Source: Eledone cirrhosa
Taxonomy: Eukaryota
NCBI GenBank assembly: GCA_964016885.1
Contig: OZ024758.1
Coordinates: 3,100,001 to 3,164,000 of the forward strand
Length of the DNA: 64,000 bases
Direction of reading: 5' to 3'
Shown: positions 15,660 through 29,506 of the stretch, in pieces
How the letters are laid out: every line of letters starts with the position of its first letter
Position numbering within the stretch: position 1 is the first letter of the stretch
Notes under the pieces: model-generated
Told to the model about the DNA's origin: nothing
Databases searched by the model: none
What the model saw: the letters and a program-made list of their open reading frames with translations, nothing else
Position numbers and translations under genes: made by a program

Positions 15660-16355
15660 GATACTGGTAGTGTAATCAGCTCCCTAGCTAACAGTAGATG
15701 AATCACTACCTCCTTAAAGACATCTGACGCTGTACACCAGGTTCGAACACAGAAGAGCCGAACCCCCAATGTCATCGCCTCGATTTCTCTCGCCCTCAAA
15801 TATCCCTTCTTCCACTGGGGTTTTATAAAACCACACTTCATCACCCTCCTTAAAGTTTATCTCACTAGCCCTGCCATTGTACCCACGTTTCATCACTCCA
15901 CCTAAAAACTTCAGAGATTCCCTATGAAACACTGTACCACTATCACTCTCTCTTGCAGATGATTCACATAGCTGGAGGTTTCGTTCAGCAGTTCTTCCCC
16001 TAGTGGTCTTCCCATCAACATATCTACCGGAAGGCTCACCTCGTGCCCTAAATCAGATTTTCAGGTGTATAGATAGTAGTGCTATGCGTTGTGGAACGAT
16101 ATGACACAAAGCGGTAAATTCAGATCTCATTCCAACTGTCCTACACAACATTTGGCTAGTTCTTGTGATAGTGTCAAATTCATCTTCTCCATCATCCTAT
16201 CCGACAGTGGTTTCAATGGGTTTGACCTGGTCTTCCTAATCCCCAACTACTTACAACACTCATGAATCAAATTCCTACTCTTGTTGTAATCCAGCTTCTG
16301 AGGCATTCCAAACCGGCAGATGAACTGGCCCACCAACTGGTGCACAACAGCCGAG
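15660..16355 (-). mobile_element. Decayed Ty3/Gypsy LTR-retrotransposon integrase C-terminal half
   Basis: Minus strand: VVHQLVGQFICRFGMPQKLDYN...LGIRKTRSNPLKPLSDRMMEKMNLTL...GHEVSLPVDMLMG...YVNHLQER...YNGRASEINFKEGDEVWFY, with stops and frameshifts. Confidence 0.85.
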
Positions 16356-16455
16356 TGTTTTCAAGGATAAAAGTTGCATTAGAATTATTGATACGTCATG
16401 TTTAATCACGTTTGTTTTTTGTCAGACTTAACTGTGTATATAAATCTGATATTAC

Positions 16456-16775
16456 ATAATTGTGTCTACGTTTGGAGTGTATTACTGGTACTTTATTTTA
16501 TCGACCCCGTAAGAATGAAAGGTAAAGTTAATCTAGACGGGATTTGAACTCAGACCATAAAGGGACGTAACCTTGCTGGAAAGCGTTACAATAATTGTTT
16601 CTACTCGTGGCAGAAGGCCAGCAAATATCCCAGTACATTACTGGTATTTTATTTTATCCACCCCGTAACGATGAAAGGCAAAGTTAACTTCGGCGGGATT
16701 AGAACTCAGAACGTAAAGGGCCATGACTCTATGATGCAAATCCTGGTGTCTGACGCTCTACCGATGCTGCCATTA
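16456..16775 (-). mobile_element. Two tandem tRNA-derived SINE copies
   Basis: Two head-to-tail consensus matches. Confidence 0.85.
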
Positions 16776-16940
16776 CATAACGATAGTACGTACCGGGAGT
16801 ATAATCTTACTAGTACGCGATTGTGCCGAGAGAAAATGTGTGACACATATTTATTCACTTTTGTTATTTAGCTTGACTGAAAACATCGGGATCTCTTACA
16901 GCTCTGAACCTAATGTTTAGTAACCATTATTGAACCTTCT

Positions 16941-17126
16941 GGTGGATTGGCAGTATCGGTAGAGAGTCGGACGCCATGCTTTCCAGCATAGTTACGTCCC
17001 TTTCTGGACTGAGTTCAAATCCCACCAAGCTTAACTTTGCCTTTCATTCTTTCGGGGTCGATAAAATAAAGTACCAGTAATGTACTGGGTATTTGCTGGC
17101 CTTGTGCCCAAAGTAGAAACAATTAT
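16941..17126 (+). mobile_element. tRNA-derived SINE with target-site duplication
   Basis: Full length; attattgaaccttctg before and attattcaaccttctg after. Confidence 0.9.
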
Positions 17127-17264
17127 TCAACCTTCTGTTAATGTTTGGCGTAAAGTAATATTTTTATTCTATTTACAATTTGTCAATTTTATTATCACTA
17201 TTCACAAACAAACTCACACGCTTACTCTCTCCTACACATTTACATTTATGTATATACACACACG

Positions 17265-17334
<70 letters not shown>

Positions 17335-17427
17335 TCTGCTCTTAAGCATACATATGCTTACACATACATGTATATATATATATGTCTGTTCTTAAACATA
17401 CATACATATGTATATCTCTTCTTAAAC

Positions 17428-17459
<32 letters not shown>

Positions 17460-17487
17460 GTTCTTAAACATACATACATATATATGT

Positions 17488-17525
<38 letters not shown>

Positions 17526-19096
17526 CCTAAAATGTAATTCCTGTAAATTATCGATTATCCTTTTTTGTGTGTATGAATTGGTTACTGAGTATATTTGAAT
17601 CATAAACAGTAATTCACGATGTAAATTATTGACACCATTCATTCAAAGTTAGATATTATGTAAAATGACACATTTTAATATCATATTTATATTGAAATTA
17701 AAAATATCGATTTATTTGTAGCACGCATCTATTCTAAGATATTTTAGGATAATTATGAATTTTCAAACGAAATTATTCTGAAACAAAATGAGATAAAAAT
17801 CACATAAATAAATAAAAGCTTTTATCATTTTCAATATTAAAATTTATTCCTTAGTATTTCATATTATTATAAAATCAAAGTAAAATTTATTTATTTGATG
17901 TAACTATATCTCTGGAACTTTCTCGATCAATCGAATAAAGTTTTCGTTCTTGTCTATTTGTCAAGGTCTTCTATATTGAAACAGAAATTAATTACTTGTT
18001 ATGAATTAAGTGGATCTACTTCTGATTAGTATCGATTATATTATAGTGACATTTCTAGGTTTTAACATTATTTATGTATTTTATTAAAAATCTGAAAATA
18101 TTTTAATGGGTAAAAATTAAGAAAATGCATTTAAATCTGACGTGACACTAAATAAATCTGAATATGTTCGAGGAAAGCTTCAGCGATGGATTAGAAAGAC
18201 TAATCACATTTATCGATAAGAAAAAGTATACCAAATTCTATGCATACATACATAGACATGCACACATATATATATATTTTATATTATTAGTATTATATTG
18301 TATCATTATTTACATAAATAAATAAGATGGATTAAGTAAAATTATTCATCAAATTCGTGTTCTAATTATCATAAAAAATAATCTATTTATTTTCAAATTT
18401 ACATTTGAATACAGATCTTATGTTCTCTTGATTTTCTATACGAATTAATTGATACTACATATCGAAGATGTGCTTGTGGTGTGTAAAATTCCCTTATTGA
18501 AAAAATGATTTTGCATAAAACTTAATGTCCATATATTTTGCGATTGTAAGTCTGTAAATTAAATAATTACTCTATTGAAATTAAAATGATGTGGCAGAAA
18601 CATACACATCTACTATTATTATATAAGCATAGAGGCTGAATTTTTTACTAATTCTGAATTTTATATATATGTTTAATTACTTCACATGATTCCACCAAAG
18701 AGTTGTGTGGCAGACATTCAGCAATCTTAAGTTAAAAAGTGTCAATGTTATATAAACTGATAGAACTTATGGTTGAATGATCATTTACAGTGTCATAGAT
18801 GAATAGTTCCCCATTAAAATATATAATCAGATAATCTAGCTAAAGGATTATGAAATATCTCTCTGCTGGTAATGTAAAGTTAGGATGGTAGAGATGGTTA
18901 ACTGCCATAGAGCCTAGTTATTTTAGTGAGGATGTACCGTATAATCTGTAATTATACATACATACCTATCTACACACATACATACATACATACATACATA
19001 CATGTATACATACATAGATACATACATGCATACATACATATATACGTTGTTACATACATGCACACATACATACTTATATAATTACATACACACTTA

Positions 19097-19702
19097 TATG
19101 GTGGCTGCCAACTCGTTTTCGAGTACGGCCACTACTTTATATCCATGTAGGAGAACCCCTACCGATGCGCTGAACGAGTGTGACTTTTTAGTCCAGCCAG
19201 CGACTTAAACACTCTGGTACAAACACTACACTTGTGACTATTATTGACACATAGTGCTGGGCCCATGGTACCATGTGACGACAAGCGCAGAGAGATCTCC
19301 AGATATAAAGCAGTGCATGTGCCGTGAAGCTTTTATAGTGAGCAAAGACACTGCACAAAGCCAGTCCCACTCTCTTAACCAAGATGGTATTTACCAAAAA
19401 GAACAAGTCAACAACATTGGATACCATCAGAGTTGCAGGTGTTATATCAGAGTTTTCCTTCTCCTAGAATTCTGCCTTGACAAAGGCTAAGGACTCATCT
19501 CTCCCGGTGATTTTGGATGGCCATTGACTCTTAAGAGCTCCTTTGCTCTTTGACAGGTTTTGTTTTTAGTCCTGCAGGATGTCCAAAGTCACCCTCCTCA
19601 CCAAGAAACCTTGGTGAGGTTGCCAGTTTAGTCGCCAACGACCCGATCATGAGACAGGTTGTACTGGGATACATGTTACCAGTAGCACCAACTGGTGACT
19701 TG
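19097..19702 (-). mobile_element. Non-autonomous RTE-derived element (RTE-like 5'UTR, (TATG)n tail)
   Basis: About 380 bp (19097-19480) is repeated at 61789-62171. Contains ttttccttctcctag...gccttgacaaaggctaa, similar to antisense RTE 5'UTR motifs, and a perfect hairpin cctcaccaag-aaac-cttggtgagg. No ORF. Confidence 0.6.
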
Positions 19703-20057
19703 ACATACTTATATATGTTCTTACATACAGGCACACAAGCATAATGCTTCCGAACCGGTTCCGAGAATTGCCATCCCATGAGAGTTTTCAAATACATTTG
19801 TGTCACGAACATGACATTAGTCCCTGAAACACATGTATATATTCATTTTCTTAAGGCTAAATAATTTAGCTTGTTTACCACCAGATAAAATAGATAAATA
19901 TTTCATCCGACGAACGGGCAGGACATTTCTGTAAGGATTTTCTAGTTTCTTGAAACATTTGGTAATGGAATAATTATATTGTTTTGTTTATTATGTGATT
20001 AAATAACTCTGGATATAGAACACTCTTCTTTCCTTTACCTCTTCTAAGGAAATACTG

Positions 20058-20089
20058 ATATATATACATACACATATATATACATACAC

Positions 20090-20124
<35 letters not shown>

Positions 20125-20207
20125 TATATATATATACACATATATATATATATACACATATATATATATACACATATATATATATATATACACATATATA
20201 TATACAC

Positions 20208-20238
<31 letters not shown>

Positions 20239-20602
20239 CACATATATATATACACATATATATATACACATTATATATATATATGTGTATATATATATAT
20301 ATACACATATATATATATATATACACATATATATATATATATACACATATATGTATATATACACACATATATATATATACACATATATATATATATACAC
20401 ATACACATATATATATATATACACATACACATATATATATATACACATACACATATATATATACACACATAAATATATATCTACATACACATGTATATAT
20501 ATATATATACAAATATATATATATACACATATATATATGCATACATACACACACACATATATATATATATATATGTTTATATATATATATATATATATAT
20601 AT
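20058..20602. repeat. (TA)n/(CA) compound microsatellite
   Basis: Direct inspection. Confidence 0.95.
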
Positions 20603-20795
20603 AACGAAGGAATTCTGGTAAGGAACCAGATGGATCATAACGCACCAAAGTACTCAATACTTAAGGTAGTAGAGTGGGTAATAGAAACATGTATGACCCC
20701 GACGGCAGATCTCAAGCCATTTCGACGGCTATTTCTGTACAGAAATAGCCGTCGAAACGGCTTGAGCTCTGCCGTCGAGGTCATACTTGTTCCTA
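20603..20795. mobile_element. Family A palindromic element
   Basis: Loop-less palindrome centred on ttctgt|acagaa (20738/20739); the arm matches 10953-11242. Confidence 0.8.
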
Positions 20796-21453
20796 CATAC
20801 ATACATATATATATATATATGTATATATATATATCCACTGTACATTTCTATGTTTGTATTTGCCATAAGTAAATACTCCTTTATCTGCTAATCTCATGTC
20901 CTTCCCAATTTTTCGGTTATTAACCACATCTCTCATATATATTCCAAATTTATACGTTGTTGCTCATTCTGTAGATTATGAGAAATCTAATAGAAGCAGG
21001 ATATGCAAAGTAAACAACATGTAACTGTTTAAAGAGGTCCATATCGTTATATTCTAAACAGAAATGAGATATTGTCAACAGACAGATTATTTCTGTTAAA
21101 ATATATGTTTGCAAACCTTAATACAAATATATTATTGCATTCCTATAGCAGAGTATGAAACATGCATACATACACACATACATACATACATACATACATA
21201 CATACATACATACATACATACATACATACATACATACATACATACATACATACATAAATATATACACAGAGTGACAAATCGACATGCATACACACGCACA
21301 TGCATACACAGATACATATGTATATATATAAATATATATACACAGAGTGACAAATAGACATGCATACACACATTCATAGATACATACATATATATGTTTA
21401 TACAGGTATACATTTATACATACATGTATGTATAAATATTTACATATCTACTT

Positions 21454-21495
<42 letters not shown>

Positions 21496-23805
21496 CATAC
21501 ATATACATGCATACACATTTACATACATGCATATATGCATATATTCACACATATATCCATATATATGTCAACATATAAGGAAAATGGATAGCGCCGAAAC
21601 TGCCTGAAGACAGCGTTCTTCCATGAGTCACATAGTCTAGATATAGCCAGTGGAAAATATATTACAATTGATTTATACTATCCTTGCAAATTAAATACCA
21701 ACATCCCGTAGAAGCAAACTAGCGTTGTCACATAGCTGGAGCGGAACCACGCCTTTTGGTACAACCTAAAACACTGCAATGATCGTAATCTTGTTTATAA
21801 TCCAACATGGCGATATCAATGGGTTTGTTTTGATCTCACTAGTTCTCATCAGTGAAGCCCGTTTCACTTACCAAGCTAGTTAGTCTAGATTATAGAACAA
21901 TCAAAAGTATATAGGAAGGAGGCGAACAACGTGCACTCATGAAAGGGATTAACGAAAAATGTAAAAATGAATTTCTCTGCATAAAGCCTATTTATACATG
22001 TAAAATCTTGCTGTCTGAATATTATTCAGCTAAGACTAAAGATGTAATAGCAAAGACTCAGGCCAAAGAAGTGTTCTTACTTGCTTGTGTTTTATTCTAT
22101 GAGGAACCCTGGTATTAAGAAGAAATATATTGCTTAAGACAAATTCTCAGAGACTTAAACGATGCTACGCATGATAGGCATTCCTCGGTTTAAATTGAAT
22201 TTGTGCGTTGAAAAAGGAAATCTATTCCTGGTAACAAAGAAGATTGTTCTTTGTGGCTAATTATATCATCATTTAGCAGAGAGAGTATGCATGTATTTAG
22301 ATTAATAATAACCATCTCGGAAGGGAACGGATACATATTAAAGAATAAGGACGTTTAAGGACCTCTTGGTTTACACACATGAGAGTTTGAGGTGAGGTCC
22401 CAACATATTGCAGATACGAAGGAAGGGTGTGTCTCAAATCACACCAAATAATAGTAATGTTATTAATAATAGTATGTTAAAATAATGAATATTATATCAG
22501 TGGGATTGAAAGAAATTGAATGTGCATAGCACACAGCTAAAATTAATCATATACTTGATGAGTTTTATTTAAAGTTTGTTTGCATTAGAGAGTTGAGTCG
22601 TCAATTCAGACAATCCAATACTTCATTATACATATAATTTTACGTATCATAAACAATGAATATAAAGAATCCCTTCGTCTGATTTGAACTTAATTATACC
22701 CTGAAAGGAATTTATTCGACACTATATATTCCCGCAATTCTCTTCCTACCTTTATTTGAAAAGAATAAGAGTTCTGATAATTGAAGTTGCATAGAAAATA
22801 CAATCAATTTAAACCGGTATGAAACATCATAGAAAAAACTAAGAAAGAAAAACATTCCCTGTTTCCCCACCGTTTTCATCGCGATTTAATTCGAAATTAA
22901 GAATTACGGTAAAGTTTCCACAACATAAATTCGCCCGAGTTATATTTGAGAATGAATTCATGTTTGGATAAGCAGATGTAAAATGCAAATAGTGCTTTAT
23001 TCATGTAATCTCATGACTAGTTTATATGCATTTTGTTTTTGTATATTAAGTCAGTTCATTGTTGGAATCAAAGTTAAAAAGCCCACAAACATTCTAAGCA
23101 GTGTATGAGATATTAAGAATTTTGAAATATTTTCTCTTCATATATATATGTGAAGCTACGATAAAAAGAAAAAGACAAGTGAATTTATTAATCCGTTATA
23201 TAAATATATATTCTTTTAAAATTATATCGTTGTTTTAATAGAAATATGTTGGTTAGGGTCTAGTTAAATTTAGGTGTAGTTAGATTTTAATTTACATATA
23301 TTTCCATAAAATTTCAGCTGTAAATTAAATATTCTAAAATTAAATTAGATATGCATTAGTGTTATATTAAACTCTATTTCGCAGAGAAAAATTATATGTC
23401 TGAATATATACATACGATGCTCATAAACATAGCGGTACACAGACACATAGATAGTTAAACGCAAACTTACAATATACACGCAATATATATGCATATTATA
23501 TATGTGTATATATATATATATATAGTCATTGCTTAATTCGATATTACAGTCTATGTATGTGTGTTTGTTGCTATCCGTGTGTATGTGACTCTTGTCTCTG
23601 TGTCTGTATAATGTTAAATAGACAAAGGAAAAAGAACATTCTCTATTAAACAGTCTTAGTCTTGCTAAGAACATCTTTAAGAAAGTGTGAAGATGTTACT
23701 GTTATGTCAACAACAAAGGGAGATAATCTAACGACCTTGTTTCTAAATATTATCCGTCGTCGGAGCTGCTTACTCCTTTGTGCGTTTTTTTGTACCGATG
23801 ACATT

Positions 23806-24201
23806 AATTGGCAGTATCGGTAGAGGGTTGGCCGCCATGCTTTCTAGCATAGTTACGTCCCATTACGGTCTGAGTTCAAATCCCGTCGAAGTTAACTTTG
23901 CCTTTCATCCTTACGGGGTCAATAAAATGAAGTACCAGTCACGCACTGGGGTCGATTTAGTCGACTCTCCCCTCTCCCAATATTGCTGGCCTTGCTCCTA
24001 TATAAGAAACCATTATTGTTGGCAATATCGGTAGAGCGTCAGATGCCATGCTTTGCAGTAAAGAGTTACGGCCATTTATGGTCTGAGTTCAAATCCCGCC
24101 GAGGTTAACTTTGCCTTTCATCTGTTCGACGTCGATAAAATAAAGTACCAGTAATGCACTGGGATAATTGCTGACGTTGTGCCAAAAGTAGAAACAATTA
24201 T
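23806..24201 (+). mobile_element. Two tandem SINE copies (long variant followed by short variant)
   Basis: First copy carries the extra ggggtcgatttagtcgactctcccct segment. Confidence 0.85.
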
Positions 24202-25086
24202 AGTAACATGCATTGTTACGGTGAAACGCACACGAATACACGTGCTTATGTTATAAGATAGGTAGAGAACATGTATAGAACAGATGTGAGAGACTAAATT
24301 TACATCTGGCTTGATTTAAATCTATCAGGTGTATGTTCGTGGAAGGTAACCCCAATGCTGATTGCCATCATAATATAAAGGAGGCGTTATGTCTTTGGAT
24401 GAAACCGCTTGCAATAGATTATGCTTCTGGGAAAAATCCATTTAAAATCTGTTTTTGTGAAATGGAAGTCATTTATGTCATTTTAATGTCCATGGAACGC
24501 TTAAAGATCAGCGGGATTATGTTAACTTGATAGATTTTCTCCCTCTATTCAGAAATGCGTCCAATTGAACCACGTATGAAAAGGCCAAATTTCCTGCAGA
24601 TTTCCTACATTTAAGTATAATCGTAATACTAATATTGTTTATTAATCTAGACATACATGTAGTTTATGATGATTGTGTGTAATTTTGAATCATAATAATA
24701 TTCTTGAAAGAAAAGTTCTTTGGGTTTATATATTTAAAGAGTACAGAGGTTTTAGAAGGACATTTGAAGCAAATTGAAATCATTATAGAAAAAAAAGTCA
24801 GTCTTCTATTATCAATAAAGATCAATAAATAGGCCTTTGCATCAGAAATCATATTGCAATATTTGTTATGCATATATGCACACATATGCAGCTTCTGTGT
24901 AGCTTTAGAATTCTATGGAAGTACAGGATAAGAAAGAGGGAATGATAGAACATATTGATCTAGAGAAAGAAGAATGAAAGAATCGTTGTAAAAGATTCCA
25001 AATCAAAGGTTTTAAAGTAGAGACACAGCTATAGGCAGAATGATAAGTAGATCTCCCCTCCCAAAAATTTCACACCCATATATACA

Positions 25087-25228
25087 GACACCTATATATA
25101 TATATATATATATCCAGAAAGAGAGACCTATATATATATATATATATATCCAGAAAGAGAGACCTATATATATATATATATCCAGAGAGAGAGACCTATA
25201 TATATATATATATATCCAGAGAGAGACC

Positions 25229-25240
<12 letters not shown>
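25087..25240. repeat. About 30-bp minisatellite (agagagacc-(TA)n-tccag)
   Basis: Four to five tandem units. Confidence 0.8.
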
Positions 25241-25307
<67 letters not shown>

Positions 25308-25729
25308 GCGTGTATCCGTGTGTATATATGCATGTGTGAACGAGCATAGATTTATAAGTTATTGGCTCTCAGCATTTGCTAAAGTTTTTCGCATAATTTA
25401 TACAATATATATAAGTGACTGCGATCATATATGGATGTATTTCTAGCCCGTGTGTAGTCAGATAAACTGCATGTACCCGAGTTAACATTATTTACAATCC
25501 GATAAACTTGCGATTCTCGGTAGGCATTCCCAATGCTTTTCCTAATACAATAAAGTTTCATCCTTTGTTTTTAAACAATCAGAATTATACGAAGTAATAT
25601 TACCTCACTGTAAGAAAACGGCTGTATGGAAGTAGATTCAGGATAAAATACAATGATGTCCATCTGCTCTATTGTTCAATACCCCCATGAATGATTAGAA
25701 AGGAAAATATATTGTTATAGTCATGTCAT

Positions 25730-25830
25730 AATTTAACTTTGCCTTTAATCCTTACGGTGTCGATAAAATAAAGTACCAGTAATACACTGGAGTAATTGCT
25801 GACCTTGTGCCAAAAGTAGAAGCAATTATT
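25730..25830 (+). mobile_element. SINE 3' half
   Basis: Consensus match. Confidence 0.8.
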
Positions 25831-26414
25831 ATATATATATTGCTTGTCTCATTAGCTGTTTTAATTAACAACTGTGAGGAGTACTAGATACTTACCCAAG
25901 TTCGTCATGGCTTACTAGCTCTATACGGACGTTTAAATTGAATAAATAAATAAATAAATATGTGAAATTAGTTATAACAGTAACATATACAGGTACTAAA
26001 GTTCTCTACACTAACTCATTCAGCCTGTTATATGAACAGTATATGGCTACTCCTACGGCTACTTATTGTATTTTGTAGTTTCAGTTATATTTTGTTCTTG
26101 TGATGGCGACGGATGTGTTAAAGTTGATAACTGGGTGGGATTGAATTCATAATTTCCCTGTGCAGAATCTTTCGCCTCTTTTGTTGGTGTTGTTGTTGTC
26201 GTTCTTTTCTGATATTTCATTTTCATTTTCAAGACAATCGTCTATTCGCTTCAGAGGCCGAATGTTTCTCGTCCGCCAATATATTATTTTTAAACACAAC
26301 TCTTTCATAAACACCAACACAAGTAATGAACTCCTTCCGCCAATATGTTGCACGTCGCGAAAAACTCAACAACAATAATAAGAGACACTACAATAATAAT
26401 AATGGAAAAAATTA

Positions 26415-26540
26415 ATAACAATTTGAGGCAGGGAAATGTCTATTAAATCCACCCCAGTGCGTTACTGGTACTTTATTTTATCGACCCCGAAAAGATGAAA
26501 GGCAAAGCAAACCTCGGTTGTATTTGAACTATGAACGTAT
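26415..26540 (-). mobile_element. SINE partial (long variant)
   Basis: Consensus match. Confidence 0.75.
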
Positions 26541-27274
26541 ATTCTAATAGTATGTAACCGCAAAACTTGGAATAATCCATTAACATCGCATAAAAGTGAA
26601 TCTAACTAAAAAACAAAAACGAGTATTGTAGACAAGAAGCAACGAACCCTTCCAAAAATAAACTTTATGTATCGCTTGTCTCTATCATATAAATTACGTT
26701 GTTGAGATTGGAAATACGTGTATAAAATGCAACCATTTGAAAAGCAGCCACAATAAACGCACTGATCTTAATAACGACTAAAACATCAACAATAAAACAA
26801 AATGAATGTGGAAAAAAAAACGTAAATCGATGCATATAAGTAACACTCATAAAATTTATTGATTTTATATGCATTAAAAGTGTTCATATTATGAAAACAC
26901 GTGCGTAACAAAAGATGGGTAAAAAGAGAAAAGAATTATAATCCAACACACAAAAACTACTACAAATAATAGATATAAAAATTGTGTAATGCAGTAGAAA
27001 GAATAAAATTACGGATATCCGGACTTTGATGGTAAGGAATGGTGAGGAAGACTTTGGTCTGTTAAACGTAAAATATAGAAACTAAAATATACAGCTGTAC
27101 CCAACAAAATGCCGGCATTCTTAAGTGCCAGAAGTATAATAGAAAATATGTAACCAACGCGAGTAAAATAGTTGTCAGCACAGTACCCTAATATGAAAAC
27201 ACAACAGTATATACATTACATGTGGGAGAAATACAACCCACTGATTCATTTATATCTCGCCTAGCAATACTATA

Positions 27275-27411
27275 ATATATATATATATATACAGTATATA
27301 TATATATATATATACAGTATATATATATATATATATATACAGTATATATATATATATATATATACAGTATATATATATATATATACAGTATATATATATA
27401 TATATATACAG

Positions 27412-27442
<31 letters not shown>

Positions 27443-27585
27443 TATATATATATATATATATATATACAGTATATATATATATATATACAGTATATATATA
27501 TATATATATACAGTATATATATATATATATACAGTATATATATATATATACAGTATATATATATATATAAAGTATATATATATAT
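27275..27585. repeat. (TA)n-CAG higher-order microsatellite
   Basis: About 12 units of (TA)8-15 punctuated by CAG. Confidence 0.9.
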
Positions 27586-27606
27586 AATAAACACCATAAG
27601 GCAAAT

Positions 27607-27683
27607 ATTCCATTTACCAAAGGTTTCACGAAGAAGACAGCCGAGCTTGACAGTCGTCTAAAAATCACTCATCAGAATGAAAT
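27607..27683 (-). ncRNA. Type-I hammerhead ribozyme candidate (family F)
   Basis: Minus strand: stem I atttcatt/aatggaat, CUGAUGA, long stem II (gtga...agacgactg/cggctgtct...tcgt), GAAA, stem III ACC-uuu-GGU, cleavage triplet GUA. Confidence 0.7.
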
Positions 27684-27769
27684 TTTATTTCATATGGATG
27701 TAAGATATGAATTTGATATTTAAATTAATATCTTACATCCATCTCAAATAAAATATTTCTCCCTCTCTC

Positions 27770-27832
<63 letters not shown>

Positions 27833-27878
27833 ATATGTGTGTGTGTCTGTGTCTCAAGACATATATGTATACATATAA

Positions 27879-28164
27879 TAGTGTCTCAAGACGTGTGGTA
27901 CAGTTACTACAACTTCTCTACAGAACAATATAAAGTTATATATGGTCTGTGTGTATTTTATATATATTTATATATGTTTATGTGTTTTATGACAATAGGA
28001 ACAGCGAAACGTAGCACAATTATATGGCCAATCCCTAAGTTTCGCTGTTCCTATTGTGATTCATAAAACGCATAAACATATATAAAATACACACATACCA
28101 TATATAACATTATATTGTTCTGTACATAAGTTGTAGTAACTGTAACACATGTCTTGAGACACTA
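27879..28164. mobile_element. Fold-back / MITE-like element
   Basis: About 130-bp imperfect inverted arms tagtgtctcaagac...gtcttgagacacta, with a short spacer. Confidence 0.75.
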
Positions 28165-29034
28165 ACATACACACTATTTAAAATATTGATTTAAACATAT
28201 TTTCTTTCCACTCCTATACACGATTGTTCTCTCTCTATAAGTTTCTAGTTCGTTATATCGGTAATTGAGTGACAATTCTGTCATAAATGTATCACGCCGA
28301 AATTCTATTCAGGGAATGTAAATTCATTTAATAAGTTTCTCCTCTAATGATATTGGCATTTTAAACACATTAGTAATTTAAGTAATGATAACATTATACT
28401 TTAACATACACAGGGGAATATTTACATCATTTATATTATTAACGATTTATATAGCGAATCTATGCAGAGTGAAAATTAAATAATTTAATCACAATATTAT
28501 TAAGCTATTGTGATAGACATTGAAACTAAATTTAATTGGAAGGGGAAGTGATGTATAAATCTACTCCCATGATAATCGGATATAGAATTTGCCACTTTAA
28601 CAATGATTTACAAAAACACTAACTATGAAAACATGTAAATAGGGGCAAGAATATATGAAAATTTCATTTAAAATTTGCATATATATGGTGGAAATATAAA
28701 AGAAAAAGAGGGCATCGCTTTGTACATCGTTTGTATGTAATTGTTCTATTAGAATGTACTGATGTAGAGAGATGCATCTGAGCTGACATAGATATTGAAA
28801 TATCTTCAGTGCAGATAGTTCTCAATGATAGAGATATAAATCTGGTTAAATAACTTTGGAGACTGCAATAAACTGATAGATACTCATCTGGTCACCGGAT
28901 CTCTTTCATGTTATTCTCCACTGTTTTAAACAACTTGTTGAAATATTAATTTTATTTATCAACAAATATAGCTATCTGCGTTGTGCTTAACACTTTTAAC
29001 CCAATGCCTTGTAAATCTTTTATATACACATATA

Positions 29035-29220
29035 TAATTGTTTCTACTTTAGGCACAAGGCCAGCAAATTTACCAGTGCATTACTGGTACTTTATTTTAT
29101 CGACCCCGTAAGGATGAAAGGCAAAGTCAACTTTGGTGGGATTTGAACTCAGATCGTAAAGGGACGTAACTATGCTGGAAAGCATGGCGTCCGACCTTCT
29201 ACCGATACTGCCAATCCACC
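29035..29220 (-). mobile_element. tRNA-derived SINE, full length
   Basis: Close consensus match. Confidence 0.9.
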
Positions 29221-29280
29221 AGGGTTTGTGGTTTTCTCGCATTATATACACATATATAATGCGAGAAAACCACAAACCCT
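29221..29280. repeat. Perfect 28-bp-arm hairpin
   Basis: agggtttgtggttttctcgcattatata caca tatataatgcgagaaaaccacaaaccct. Confidence 0.9.
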
Positions 29281-29442
29281 CCATCTCAATTCTACTTTTG
29301 AAAAGCATAAAAACTGTGAAACCCGTAAAGGAAATAAAGAAATATTCTTAAAAAGGACTCCAGTTGCATTTTCGATTTCGGTTCCTTATATTTTCACCCG
29401 GGCAGGACATCTCGTATTTCTTATTTTAAAAAACCTCGTTTT

Positions 29443-29506
<64 letters not shown>

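Noticed and set aside
16941-17030. tRNA genes at SINE heads
   Set aside because: A/B boxes are present but there is no cloverleaf; part of a SINE.
21815-21870. CTGATGA on the minus strand as a hammerhead
   Set aside because: No GAAA in register and stems I/III do not form.
27275-27585. Regularly punctuated array
   Set aside because: Slippage-derived higher-order microsatellite with no informative spacers.
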